28,756 nucleotides of DNA from a virus. Taxonomy: Duplodnaviria; Heunggongvirae; Uroviricota; Caudoviricetes. How positions within the stretch are numbered: the stretch's first letter is position 1; each line of letters begins with the position of its first letter. This document shows positions 8,456 to 17,976 of this stretch, piece by piece. The DNA is taken from the IMG/VR virus record IMGVR_UViG_2537561604_000016, positions 1-28,756 of that record. One strand, given 5' to 3'. Position numbers and translations under genes: made by a program. Under the pieces are notes generated by a model. That model was given only the letters and a program-made list of their open reading frames with translations, was not told where the DNA came from and did no database searches.

Positions 8456-9028
8456 TTATTTAGGTTTCTTCCTACCATAAACAAACACTGTAGTTAATCC
8501 TACGAGATCTAAAGTAGCAAGAGTACCTGCGAACCAAGTGTTACCGCGATTAGCAAAAAACGCAGCCATTATAAGCACTACCATTGCAATGCAAAATCCC
8601 ATCCATTGCCCACGTTTGTCGCGTGAAACCGCACCAAGTAATGCATCACTTTGCGTCTTATGCCTATGCTCTTGCTCTTTTTCGGTTAGCCTGAAAATTC
8701 TCTCAGCGCCGCCGGGTAATATTTGATTATATTGTAAGAGCATAGCAGGAGGTGGGAGTGGTCCCTGAAAAGACTCCTGCTGAAACATGGCAATAACCTT
8801 CGGGTTCTTAGAAACTCTCTCAAGAAGTTCAGGTGTTAACTTCGATTTTAGCTCAGGATCAAGGTTGGCAACTGCAGACAGCTTTTCCACTACTTCCTGA
8901 GACTCATCATATTCCGAGGAATCAATATCTTCGTCGATACCATCCGAATCAGGAACGGCTTTTTGCGACGCTTTGTTTTCCTGATGCTTTTTGAGAACGG
9001 CCGCCTGCTTGCGGGGTTTTGAACTCAT
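8456..9028 (-). CDS. Hypothetical membrane protein (moron): acidic, disordered N-terminal half and two C-terminal TM helices
   Basis: 190-aa ORF inserted between tail-hub and spike genes. Hydrophobic stretches are GFCIAMVVLIMAAFFA and LATLDLVGLTTVFVYG. It has its own downstream terminator. The start context is weak (AGG directly before the ATG). Confidence 0.5.
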   Translation of the reverse strand: MSSKPRKQAAVLKKHQENKASQKAVPDSDGIDEDIDSSEYDESQEVVEKLSAVANLDPELKSKLTPELLERVSKNPKVIAMFQQESFQGPLPPPAMLLQYNQILPGGAERIFRLTEKEQEHRHKTQSDALLGAVSRDKRGQWMGFCIAMVVLIMAAFFANRGNTWFAGTLATLDLVGLTTVFVYGRKKPK

Positions 9029-9353
9029 ACCTGATAACTCTGTTCATGTCACTTGCAATGACTTTAACATCACTTCTTATTGCCCGACAATCAGATCCAG
9101 AAGCAGCATATTGCCAGTAATCTGTAGTCGGCATAATGTCCATAACACTACCGGCAGCGGCTAAGTAACGATTAACGATTTTCCTCATATCCCCTCCCAT
9201 AGTGAACATCAGTGGAGCGCAGAGTTTACCTTTAAGGTAAAGTGTAGACAACTACTGTGTACAGATGGTTCAAAAAATGCGTTAACCAGTATTAATTTGT
9301 TAAAATTAGCGCAATTGGCAACAGTTCATCCATAATATTATGGACGTCAAAAA

Positions 9354-9698
9354 TCATCGCCCAGCCACTTTTTTACACGGGAAAGATCCGATGATTTTCG
9401 GTGCATCCATGCTGTTCTGCAGAAGCTGGACGTTCAGGAAACGCGTTTCGGTGCCAGGGCGACGAATGTATTCAAAGCCGTAGTTGTTACCGTCTTTGGC
9501 AGGCATAAGCCCCATATCAATCTTAATGCCATCAGCACCAAGATTTGTAATTTTCTGAGATGTGACGCGTTCACCGTTAATCATGTCCATTTCCCCCAAC
9601 CTTGCAGTGATGGTGTAAGGTCCACAATAAGCGGTGTAACCGCTTGCAGATGCCCCAAATGACATAAAGGCAACAATTAAAATGGCTAAGGCTTTCAC
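9354..9698 (-). CDS. Hypothetical secreted/periplasmic protein (moron) with N-terminal signal peptide
   Basis: 114-aa ORF. The N-terminus MKALAILIVAFMSFGASASG has a signal-peptide shape (basic residue, hydrophobic core, A-x-A cleavage motif). There are two Cys residues (positions 25 and 108). It is embedded in the tail module but is not a recognisable structural protein. Confidence 0.5.
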   Translation of the reverse strand: MKALAILIVAFMSFGASASGYTAYCGPYTITARLGEMDMINGERVTSQKITNLGADGIKIDMGLMPAKDGNNYGFEYIRRPGTETRFLNVQLLQNSMDAPKIIGSFPCKKVAGR

Positions 9699-9700
9699 AT

Positions 9701-10762
9701 TTACCCCCGGTTAAGCGAGTCCTGAGTGCGGAGATCCGCCGCGCCACGCGCTTCGCACATCATATCCATGTACCACGCCTGGCCCCTTGTATCGCCAGTG
9801 TACATAATCCCGCGCACAATATAAACGCCATCCGTTGCGATGCTGGCAGGTTGTGCTGTGGTGCCGCTTAGCGTGATATTTCCGTCCGTGTTCTGGTCGG
9901 TGATCTGACCACCAGCCATCGCAATATCGTTGTTCGACAACGCGGTACGATAGACGGAAGCCTGATCCAGCTGAATGAGCCCGTTAACCCGGATGTTCGG
10001 ATTAATAAGAGCGCGGACGTTTACGCCGTTGCCGATGGTCTGCTGCGGCATGCCGATAAGCCCGGTGGCGCTGCTGAGCACAATCGCGTCGTGAACATAC
10101 TCGTTATTCGCCACCATCTGGCGCTGACCGTCCACAAATTGCCATGTTGCGCCACATTGTCCGGCCACGTTATCCATAAGATGCCGTGTCATGCCGAACA
10201 GCACCCGCCCTCGAGGGAATACGGTAGCAGGCATTTCAGGCGTCAGTCCTTCGGTCGCGCCTTTGGCCTCAAAGTCTTTCATCAGCGCACGGTTCACATC
10301 TGCGACCGTGTAACCGGCCGCCAGCGTCTGCGAGGTTATACTGGTGGCAAATGCCAGATCCGTATCTGCTGCCTGAATCAGGACATAGGAATCAATAGGG
10401 CTGTCTTTTCCTGTGACCGAGTAGCGAATTTCTCCGCTGAAAATCAGCCCGTAGTTGCGGCCATCACTCTGGCCCACATCTGCCGCGTCGACTTCGCGCA
10501 CGGTCACGACGTCGCTTGCCGCCACCTCCGGCGCGATACCGTCGTAACCGGCAATCAGCCGCACTTTCGAAAACTCCTGCCCGGTAATTCGGTTCACAGT
10601 ATCTGCCGAGAGGTTATAAATTTTGATAGTCCCTACCCGGGACGCGCTGCTGATGTTGAACCAGTCGATCGTAAAGGTGACTTTGAAATCACTTAGCTCA
10701 ATTCCCTGACCGTTCCCGTCCACAAGCTGCAGCTCGAAATGTCTCATCCAGTTCTGTGACAT
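9701..10762 (-). CDS. Tail/baseplate hub-type structural protein (function inferred from position)
   Basis: 353-aa ORF downstream of the tape measure and two small tail genes. Typical size and location for a baseplate hub or tail-tip protein; no motif-level confirmation. Confidence 0.4.
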   Translation of the reverse strand: MSQNWMRHFELQLVDGNGQGIELSDFKVTFTIDWFNISSASRVGTIKIYNLSADTVNRITGQEFSKVRLIAGYDGIAPEVAASDVVTVREVDAADVGQSDGRNYGLIFSGEIRYSVTGKDSPIDSYVLIQAADTDLAFATSITSQTLAAGYTVADVNRALMKDFEAKGATEGLTPEMPATVFPRGRVLFGMTRHLMDNVAGQCGATWQFVDGQRQMVANNEYVHDAIVLSSATGLIGMPQQTIGNGVNVRALINPNIRVNGLIQLDQASVYRTALSNNDIAMAGGQITDQNTDGNITLSGTTAQPASIATDGVYIVRGIMYTGDTRGQAWYMDMMCEARGAADLRTQDSLNRG

Positions 10763-10764
10763 GC

Positions 10765-11067
10765 TTACTCCGTTGATACCAGTAAATGACTGCGACCGCC
10801 CAGATCAGTTTTCGTGGGATAATCCTGTGTGTTGTCATCGCAGACCACCACCAGCTTAAAACCAAGCCCCATACAGGCGTACTGCGCCAGCAGATCAGCG
10901 CCAGTGACGAGAGGAATACCGGAGATTACCGGCTCTCCTCTGTCGTTCTGCAGGTCCATAATCCAGTAAGGATCGCGCCATATGATGCTAATCTGCCAAG
11001 TGACACCACCCAGGACGATGCTGAACTGCTGGTTGTCCGCTGTCAGCGGAATTTCCTGAATTGTCAT
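10765..11067 (-). CDS. Hypothetical tail protein
   Basis: 100-aa ORF tightly packed between tail genes (3-bp and 1-bp intergenic distances). Confidence 0.4.
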   Translation of the reverse strand: MTIQEIPLTADNQQFSIVLGGVTWQISIIWRDPYWIMDLQNDRGEPVISGIPLVTGADLLAQYACMGLGFKLVVVCDDNTQDYPTKTDLGGRSHLLVSTE

Positions 11068-11654
11068 TAGCCGCCTCCCAGTAATGACGCCACGTTACCC
11101 GTAATGCTTTTCAGCAGTGAAGTATCTGGAGGCTTTGTGGTTTTGTTGCCGCTGTTCTGTACCGCCGACGTGCTGGCCCCTTCCTTCATGTTGGTTTTAT
11201 CCGCGACGGTAATCTGCTGTGTCCGGGAGATAATGACCTCCCTCAGGGTGAGGACGGCGGACAGGACGTTTTCGGTTGTCTTGTCCGTCGTCACTTCCAG
11301 CGCCCGGATCAACATGTTGCTGTACAGCCGTTTACCGGTTACCACATCGAAGGGGATACGGCTTTCCTGCAGATCCAGTAGCTCCTGATACGTCTGCTGA
11401 GGACTCAGGCCGAGCAGGCTGGTAGCCGTCAGATTACTGGCAAAATCCAGCAATGCGCCGCCACCGGCGAAACCAACCTCCATCACCACTTCTGACGGTT
11501 TTTTATAGGCATGATCAGCGACAGCGGCCCCGACCTCTACCGGATGCTCTGTTATTTCAAGCATATCTGTATGCTTCTCTGAAATAACAATACTGGGAAC
11601 AATCATTCCTATTTTTCTGCTCTGCTGATGAAAAAGTGTAGAGAGAATATCCAC
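11067..11654 (-). CDS. Hypothetical tail protein downstream of the tape measure
   Basis: 195-aa ORF whose start overlaps the tape-measure stop. Confidence 0.4.
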   Translation of the reverse strand: MDILSTLFHQQSRKIGMIVPSIVISEKHTDMLEITEHPVEVGAAVADHAYKKPSEVVMEVGFAGGGALLDFASNLTATSLLGLSPQQTYQELLDLQESRIPFDVVTGKRLYSNMLIRALEVTTDKTTENVLSAVLTLREVIISRTQQITVADKTNMKEGASTSAVQNSGNKTTKPPDTSLLKSITGNVASLLGGG

Positions 11655-13642
11655 TAACCCACCCTCACCTGATTACTTCGCATGACCTGAGCATTTGCAG
11701 ACTGTTGCCGACGTGCAACCTCATTACCGACAGCGTGCGGATCTCCGCCACCGTAAATGTGGTAAGTATTTTGCTGGTTAACCTCTGTCATTTTGCCACT
11801 AATTCCCGCCACGGCAGCCTTATTAATCAGCTCTCGAGAATAGATATTTCTTCCATTTTCATGCTGGATAATGCTGCTCATCAATGCTGACATGGTTTGC
11901 GGATCGCTCATATTCAGGGCAGCCCGGGGATCCACTCCCAGTCGTTGCGATACAGCCCTGATATACGCAGTTGTGTTGTTATTATCAGACGCAGGTGCCC
12001 AGGTAGAGATAATTTTCTCCACACTGTTTATTCCCCGTCCGGCGTACAGCATTAACTGACGAGCAAGAGCCCGTAATCCATCAAAAGCAGTTTCAAATCT
12101 GGCAAATCGCCCGCCCGGGCGTTCAAGAGAAGCCCCTGCCTGACCAGCAAAATTAAGGTTTCCCGGATTGTTATTCCGTTCTCCTCGTTTCGTAGCCTGT
12201 GCATATTGTTCCGGCTCATCATCACCAAACCAGCCGCGTACCGTCCGGCCCACACTGCGGGGATCGAATCCCCAGTGCTCTTTAATCCAGTCGGCAGTAC
12301 TGTTAGCGCTGTCTGTAACCATCGGCATCGCTGACGGATTTTCGCTGCCCTGATTAAGTATCTGTTTGCCGATGCTGACGGCATCAGCCCAGCGGCCATC
12401 TTTGATAGCGTTGAGCAGGTCGGCGATCATGTTCAGCATTTTGCTGAATTCGCCCATCTGGTCGATGAAGTTGCTGAAATCCCACTTCAGGGACCATGAT
12501 TTGGGGTCAATATTGAGCAGTTTCGCCAGCGCTTTCACCAGTTCATTAACAGACCCTTTCAGGTCACGAACCATCTTCAGCGCGGCATCGACCTCCGGCT
12601 TCCACTTGCCCCAGTCAATCAGGCTGTCGCCGCCTTCCTTCCAGGTCTGATAGTCCTCCCACAGAAGGGCAATCCCCGCCGCCAGCGCGGTAATGAGGCC
12701 AATCGGCGACATCCAGAACGTACTGTTCAGAATGCGCAGCGCAATCGTCAGCGCGCCAAACAGCGAGATGAGCTCCCGCGTTTGCTTATCCAGCGATTGC
12801 CACCAGGTGATAAGGCTGGATGTTCCCTCAATTAGCCTGAAGAACAGCCGCCCGATGATGTCTCCGAGCGCCAGAATGCCTTTTATGGCTTTCGTCAGGG
12901 TCTGCTCGATGCGCGGGAAGTTATCGAGGATGTGGCGGCGCAGTGTGTCCAGCGAACCCGCCAGACCACCAGCAAGATTAGAGCCGATTTTGTCACGGGC
13001 CATACCTGCCATCGCGCCGAACTCGCGCAGGGAGGTCATGAATTTGTTGGAGCTTCTGGCCGCCTCGTCAGCATTGAAGCCGATAGCTTTCGCCATTGCG
13101 CTGTACTGCCCGGAGAAATCACCCACACCCCGGCGCATCGCCATGAGGGTATTTTCGTCAATGCCCAGCATCTGCGCATACTGGTTAGCCCGGTAATACG
13201 GCATGCTGCTGAGCTTCTGTCCGACACCCGTAAAAATAGCGGCCATGTCGCGCATGTTGCCGCTGGCGTCACGGGTCTGTACGCCCAGGCGATTCAGAAA
13301 GCCTTCTGCACCGGGATTGTTACGAATAAACCGGGAGAGGCTTTCCAGAGAAGATCGCGCAGCGTCCACGCTGCCGCCAATCTGCGAAACCGCATAGCCA
13401 ATAGACTGAATCCCCTGAACCGTCGCGCCGGTGCGCTGTGACGCCCAGTAGAGATTATCCAGACCGGAGGCGATCTTGGCCGTGAAGGCCACCACGGACA
13501 GCGCAGCTCCTTCAACAGCCAGCCCCATTTTGATGACATTTGTAGTTGTACCGGCGAGGACAGAACCGAATTTTTTCGCGCCTGCATCATCCACACTGAA
13601 GCCAAGCGAGACAAGGAAATCTTTAATAGTTTCAGCGTTCAT
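11654..13642 (-). CDS. Tail tape measure protein
   Basis: Long ORF after the chaperone pair with a helical, Ala/Gly/Leu-rich composition. The probable start is the ATG at 13642 preceded by GGAGAGAGG; the ORF track's TTG at 13663 is less likely. Confidence 0.6.
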   Translation of the reverse strand: MNAETIKDFLVSLGFSVDDAGAKKFGSVLAGTTTNVIKMGLAVEGAALSVVAFTAKIASGLDNLYWASQRTGATVQGIQSIGYAVSQIGGSVDAARSSLESLSRFIRNNPGAEGFLNRLGVQTRDASGNMRDMAAIFTGVGQKLSSMPYYRANQYAQMLGIDENTLMAMRRGVGDFSGQYSAMAKAIGFNADEAARSSNKFMTSLREFGAMAGMARDKIGSNLAGGLAGSLDTLRRHILDNFPRIEQTLTKAIKGILALGDIIGRLFFRLIEGTSSLITWWQSLDKQTRELISLFGALTIALRILNSTFWMSPIGLITALAAGIALLWEDYQTWKEGGDSLIDWGKWKPEVDAALKMVRDLKGSVNELVKALAKLLNIDPKSWSLKWDFSNFIDQMGEFSKMLNMIADLLNAIKDGRWADAVSIGKQILNQGSENPSAMPMVTDSANSTADWIKEHWGFDPRSVGRTVRGWFGDDEPEQYAQATKRGERNNNPGNLNFAGQAGASLERPGGRFARFETAFDGLRALARQLMLYAGRGINSVEKIISTWAPASDNNNTTAYIRAVSQRLGVDPRAALNMSDPQTMSALMSSIIQHENGRNIYSRELINKAAVAGISGKMTEVNQQNTYHIYGGGDPHAVGNEVARRQQSANAQVMRSNQVRVG

Positions 13643-14272
13643 TATCCTCTCTCCATTTCTCAATGCGCCGCTGGTTATCCGCTTTTACCGCCAGATGGTC
13701 ATTCAAGAGAGCAATGTCATACAAATCGACAGAGCCATCTTTAAGTGCTGTATAAGGAATTAACCCGGCGTCAACCGGATTGAGAAGGTAGGACAGCCCG
13801 TCCGGCAGGCTGTTAAACGTCAGCCCTGTTGCAGGCTCTGCGTCGTGCTGGTAAGGGGTGTAGGCAAAAAATTTCCCAGCGAATTGGCGACCACCCGCGC
13901 CACCAGCTGCAGCATGGTTAGCAGGTCGATATCATCGAACATCAGCTGACCGCTGTTGAATACCGGCGTCCATCCGTCCATGTGCTTACGTGACACTACG
14001 GCCAGGCAAGGATGAATAATCGCGTTGGTATCTTCTTCAGTCAGGGAAGACAGTTCCTCAGCGATACGCGGGAGCATGGTTTCAAACACCGGTTTTAACT
14101 GCTCGAATTTCACGGTGTCGATTTTGCCATCAGCAGGCAAACGGGAGCGAATGCTCCCGAAATCTGACATCATTCCTGCCAGCACCGGCAGAAGTTTGCG
14201 GATCACTTTCAGCTGATCAAAAACGCTGAGTTTTGCCGCGCGATATTTCACGCCTTTGATTTCGAATTCCAT
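13632..14272 (-). CDS. Tail assembly chaperone, predicted -1 frameshift long form (GT/E+E'-like)
   Basis: From the slippery heptamer at 13868-13874 the -1 frame stays open for 78 codons and stops at the TGA at 13632-13634, overlapping the tape-measure start. This is the conserved chaperone-frameshift architecture. Confidence 0.5.
13820..14272 (-). CDS. Tail assembly chaperone, short form (G/E-like)
   Basis: 150-aa ORF between the tube and tape-measure genes. It ends just after a slippery A_AAT_TTT / T_TTT_TTG sequence. Confidence 0.55.
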   Translation of the reverse strand: MEFEIKGVKYRAAKLSVFDQLKVIRKLLPVLAGMMSDFGSIRSRLPADGKIDTVKFEQLKPVFETMLPRIAEELSSLTEEDTNAIIHPCLAVVSRKHMDGWTPVFNSGQLMFDDIDLLTMLQLVARVVANSLGNFLPTPLTSTTQSLQQG

Positions 14273-14275
14273 GTA

Positions 14276-14716
14276 TTAAAACTCCCCGAGAACCTGGTCA
14301 ATCTTGCCGCAGTCAAACACCCACGGCATCGTATTACCGGTTTTAGCGTTGGCATTATCCGGTTGTTTCTGGAACGCAACACTACGTGCCGTGATGATGT
14401 CGCCGCTGACCTTGTTTCGGATCACAATAACGTTATTCCCCCATGTGGCCGAAGACTGGCTCTGTGCGTTATACGCCAGCGACAATTTTTTATTTGTCGG
14501 TGATGTCTTCAGAAGGTTAACGGTAATCGTCCCGCTTTTATCTGCATGGAGACTGTGCATCACTTCGCCATCAGCACCGATGGTCATGGTGTTTTTAGGA
14601 CCGCCCATCGCAACCACAATCCCCTCTTCAGAACTTGCAGAACCGTACCCGAGGTCAATCGAACCGGTCGGCCCGGTCAGCGTCGCAGTGACATCCATAA
14701 AAGAATAGGTAGACAT
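14276..14716 (-). CDS. Tail tube protein (contractile tail)
   Basis: 146-aa ORF directly downstream of the sheath gene and upstream of the chaperone; the sheath-tube-chaperone-tape measure order is canonical. Confidence 0.6.
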   Translation of the reverse strand: MSTYSFMDVTATLTGPTGSIDLGYGSASSEEGIVVAMGGPKNTMTIGADGEVMHSLHADKSGTITVNLLKTSPTNKKLSLAYNAQSQSSATWGNNVIVIRNKVSGDIITARSVAFQKQPDNANAKTGNTMPWVFDCGKIDQVLGEF

Positions 14717-14726
14717 TCACTTCCCC

Positions 14727-15872
14727 TTAGCGAACAACGTTAATCTGTACGTCAGCGTAATGAACCGCGCCTGCAAGTTTTATTGCAGCCTGAATCACCG
14801 GAGCCTTACGGGCTTCACGTTCTGATTGTGCCTGTTCATCCAGCGGCTGGGCGTATACGTAATAACCTTTGGGCAGCGTGTCACCTGATGACAACTGGCC
14901 AAGGTCGCCCCCGTTCCATACGCCCGGAGCAATCAGTCCATTCTGAACGGCCTGATCCAGTGATTTTTCAACATTTGATAACAGTCGGGTAATACCGGCT
15001 TCAGTCTGGGGAACTTTCGTGGTGCTGGTATAAAGCAGGTTATAGAGGTTGGTCTGCACATAATTCTGTAACCAGTCCAGGCCGTGGCGTTCATCAAAGA
15101 AATCGCCGTTAGCCATCACTCCCTGCTGGAGGATAGCTGTATCATTCTGGTAGTACACGAACACATTGCAGTTTTTTGCATCAAGTGCCGATGCCTGGCT
15201 GACTGTCAGTGTTTCATACCCGACACCCGGCTCCTGCTTAAACTTGAGCGTAATCGCGGTATTACTGCCATTGAAATTAACCGTGAATGCCCGGCCAAAT
15301 GCAGATAACGCAGCGTATTTATTACCCGATGAATACTGAATAAAACTGCGTGAATATCCGGCGGTTTTCAGTTTTGATGCCAAATCATCTCTGGATGCAG
15401 TCTGCAGGCATTTCTCATCGCTTGTCGTAATCGCCAGAATACGGCTTACAGAAGAGGATTCGATCGCCGCAGCCACTTTCAGCCAGTCTGCATCCGGAAT
15501 ATCTGCATCGTCTGCAATCCCCAGCCCATACCATGAAGTATAATCAAGCATGGCATTCACAGCCTGCTCCAGCGTCTCAGGCGTGGCCTGTTCGCTGTCT
15601 CCATTCGTTTTCATCCAACGACCAACAAAAACCTCCTGAGGTTTCGGTGATTGAGAGAAAAACACCTGCGCAGCCTTATATTCTGGTGATTCCACGCCAA
15701 AATCTTTTCCAATATCTTCCGCGGCAGAATAACGGCGAATGCGCTCACTTACCGGAATGATTGTGGACGGGCCGAGAATGAGTAATGCACCAAAATTTCG
15801 CCCTGATGCTGCACGCGGCGACATGATCACATCAACATTAACAACGTTTGATACAGGCAAGCCCTGTGCCAT
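14727..15872 (-). CDS. Tail sheath protein
   Basis: 381-aa ORF immediately upstream of the tube gene. Size and position fit the short sheath proteins of Mu-like and related myoviruses. Confidence 0.65.
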   Translation of the reverse strand: MAQGLPVSNVVNVDVIMSPRAASGRNFGALLILGPSTIIPVSERIRRYSAAEDIGKDFGVESPEYKAAQVFFSQSPKPQEVFVGRWMKTNGDSEQATPETLEQAVNAMLDYTSWYGLGIADDADIPDADWLKVAAAIESSSVSRILAITTSDEKCLQTASRDDLASKLKTAGYSRSFIQYSSGNKYAALSAFGRAFTVNFNGSNTAITLKFKQEPGVGYETLTVSQASALDAKNCNVFVYYQNDTAILQQGVMANGDFFDERHGLDWLQNYVQTNLYNLLYTSTTKVPQTEAGITRLLSNVEKSLDQAVQNGLIAPGVWNGGDLGQLSSGDTLPKGYYVYAQPLDEQAQSEREARKAPVIQAAIKLAGAVHYADVQINVVR

Positions 15873-15875
15873 AGC

Positions 15876-16442
15876 TTAATCTCCGAAAAAGATGACTGGT
15901 GCTTCCACCAGCGATTTAATACCGTACTCGCGCACAACCTTCCGGCGCAGACGCACCGTCATATCGTAGCGGCGGACCCATTGCTGATTAATAAGTTCAG
16001 GGAAGGGAGTCAGACCTGTGTAATCGCCAAGAGACAGCCCCAGCGCATTCAGTGCTGCATTGTTCTGCGGCACAGATATACCGTCACGAAACCGGGACGC
16101 ATACACCATCCCCGCCGGTCCATAAAACGAAGCCATACACTCAATCGTTTCATGCCGCCAGAGCTGAGAGCCATTATCGGTCTGTCTGGTGAATGCCGGA
16201 CTGTCATCACCTGACCATCCGATAACCCCAAACGCACACCAGTTCGTTTCAACCGGTAGCAGTGGCGGCTGCTCTTTCTGCCAGCGCGGGCGAACCATCC
16301 CGGCAGACAGGCCGGAAACGTTACGCATCCACTGGCTTAACAGCCTGTCGAGCGCTTCGTCATAATCCGGATCGCCACTGGTTGGTATTAACCATCCGCG
16401 CTCTGTACTGGTGTTATTGCTCAACCGGAGTTCCCCCATCAA
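15876..16442 (-). CDS. Hypothetical head-tail/neck protein
   Basis: 188-aa ORF in the connector region between capsid and sheath genes. Confidence 0.4.
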   Translation of the reverse strand: MMGELRLSNNTSTERGWLIPTSGDPDYDEALDRLLSQWMRNVSGLSAGMVRPRWQKEQPPLLPVETNWCAFGVIGWSGDDSPAFTRQTDNGSQLWRHETIECMASFYGPAGMVYASRFRDGISVPQNNAALNALGLSLGDYTGLTPFPELINQQWVRRYDMTVRLRRKVVREYGIKSLVEAPVIFFGD

Positions 16443-16803
16443 ACGGCATCAACTCACAATGCGCCTGAACGAATCCGGCCCCATAAGCTGTATACGGGTC
16501 GACGAAGGTCACACGATAATCACGACCCTGATACGTCACGATATCGGCATCACGGCCAGTCTGTCCCTGCGTCAGTCGCTCAGTCGTCACAATCAGAATT
16601 GCACCGCTGATTACCTGCCCTGCCTGCATACGGCGGTTTTCCAGAGAGCGATCAACAGTTACGACTCCGGCAAACTGCTTTTTAACTTCACTGTCGCTGC
16701 CGATCCCGTCCTCATCAACCGTTTGCACTCGGCGTGTTACCCACAAATTGAAGTCGCAAAAATCGGGGTCAAAAAGCACATCTGTTACATCAAGAGTCGG
16801 CAT
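16414..16803 (-). CDS. Hypothetical head-tail joining protein
   Basis: 129-aa ORF in the connector region; overlaps its neighbours by short coupled junctions. Confidence 0.4.
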   Translation of the reverse strand: MPTLDVTDVLFDPDFCDFNLWVTRRVQTVDEDGIGSDSEVKKQFAGVVTVDRSLENRRMQAGQVISGAILIVTTERLTQGQTGRDADIVTYQGRDYRVTFVDPYTAYGAGFVQAHCELMPFDGGTPVEQ

Positions 16804-17344
16804 CTTTATCCCTCACTACATGGGTAATCGCTCTGCGATATTGCCCGGTGTCAATTAATGGTTTCGCCAGTTCGGTTCCCGGGGATTCGCCAGCAGCACG
16901 CCGGGTAAGTTCCAGTGTTGCCCCCTTGCGCCCCCGACGAGCCCGGGCTTCAACAGTACTGTCAGCAAGCGGCGTAAAGCCGGTAATGGTCATGTAACGC
17001 CTGACGCCATTAGCGGCCAGCGTTCCGGCACGGTTGAGCGCTCTTTCCGCACCCGCCGCATTACCATCAAGCGCAGCCTGCGCCGCTGCTTTGAGCTGCG
17101 GCACTGTCTGTTCTTCTACCGATTTAACGCCGGGGACCAGGTGAGGTCGTGGCGGGATGTTTTGCGCCGGTGAGCCGTATTCGTTGAGGTAACCGATGCT
17201 CGCATTACCAAACGGAACATCATCCCGCTCGCTGTCTTCCGAAGGGATGCCGACCAGCACATCTTTTTTGGTTAACGACCTGAGCGCATCCAGAATGGCC
17301 TGAGCGTTATCCACCCTCGTTGTTACACCGCTTTTGAAACTCAT
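16790..17344 (-). CDS. Hypothetical head-tail joining protein
   Basis: 184-aa ORF in the connector region. Confidence 0.4.
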   Translation of the reverse strand: MSFKSGVTTRVDNAQAILDALRSLTKKDVLVGIPSEDSERDDVPFGNASIGYLNEYGSPAQNIPPRPHLVPGVKSVEEQTVPQLKAAAQAALDGNAAGAERALNRAGTLAANGVRRYMTITGFTPLADSTVEARARRGRKGATLELTRRAAGESPGTELAKPLIDTGQYRRAITHVVRDKDADS

Positions 17345-17748
17345 AGCTGGCGACCGCCTGCACCGAACATCGTGATCAACTGATAAAATTCAGCGCCATA
17401 TCGGGTGTTATTCCAGAAACCTGCATCAGGATTCAGCGTCGCGCTGGTGTCATAACTGACGCTTACCTTATCCACGGACTTTGAGGACTGAACACCATTG
17501 GTTGAACCGCCCGGACCACCAGCCAGCATCGCCCAGCTGTCTGCCGCCCAGAGCGTCATGTAGTGCGCAACGAACAACCCGGCAAAGTACGGAAACAACT
17601 TTTTCCCGGTGACGTTTTCGCTCAGCAGTTCATCGGCCAGATTCAGACGAAACTGGATTTGCGCTTCGGGATATTTGGCAGGGTCAGCAAACTGCGGGAA
17701 GTCGCGGCGAAAATCACTTACCGCTGGCAGACTTTGATTCTTTGGCAT
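17341..17748 (-). CDS. Hypothetical head-tail adaptor protein
   Basis: 135-aa ORF; its stop and the next gene's start overlap by 4 bp. Confidence 0.4.
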   Translation of the reverse strand: MPKNQSLPAVSDFRRDFPQFADPAKYPEAQIQFRLNLADELLSENVTGKKLFPYFAGLFVAHYMTLWAADSWAMLAGGPGGSTNGVQSSKSVDKVSVSYDTSATLNPDAGFWNNTRYGAEFYQLITMFGAGGRQL

Positions 17749-17935
17749 TTTTTACCTCGTTACGCGCGTCTGTGGCTTTGCCAACGGATACTTCCGCGTG
17801 CGCACGAGTGAACCAGTGCGTGGCAACGTCTTCCTCCACTGCATGACGTCCTTTAACAAACTCGCGCCGCGAACCGTCGGGAAGCGTGAGCACAAACGGG
17901 GTATGTACGTGTATTACTGCATTATTTTTTGCCAT
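17714..17935 (-). CDS. Hypothetical small protein downstream of the major capsid gene
   Basis: 73-aa ORF with ATG at 17935 and AAGGATGA upstream. Confidence 0.35.
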   Translation of the reverse strand: MAKNNAVIHVHTPFVLTLPDGSRREFVKGRHAVEEDVATHWFTRAHAEVSVGKATDARNEVKNAKESKSASGK

Positions 17936-17976
17936 CGGGTCATCCTTAATGGCCCCGCCAGGGGGCCATATGGCTG

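Noticed and set aside
8949-9251. 100-aa minus-strand ORF overlapping the start of the membrane-protein moron
   Set aside because: It begins at a TTG and overlaps the 190-aa gene by 80 bp in another frame. An internal ATG at 9188 has a GGAGG-like SD, so a short real gene cannot be excluded, but evidence is insufficient to call it.
11654-12230. Possible peptidoglycan-hydrolase-like C-terminal domain in the tape measure protein (..NNPGNLNFAGQ...II.TWAP..)
   Set aside because: The resemblance is only an impression; I cannot name a specific motif or family with confidence, so it is not reported as a feature.
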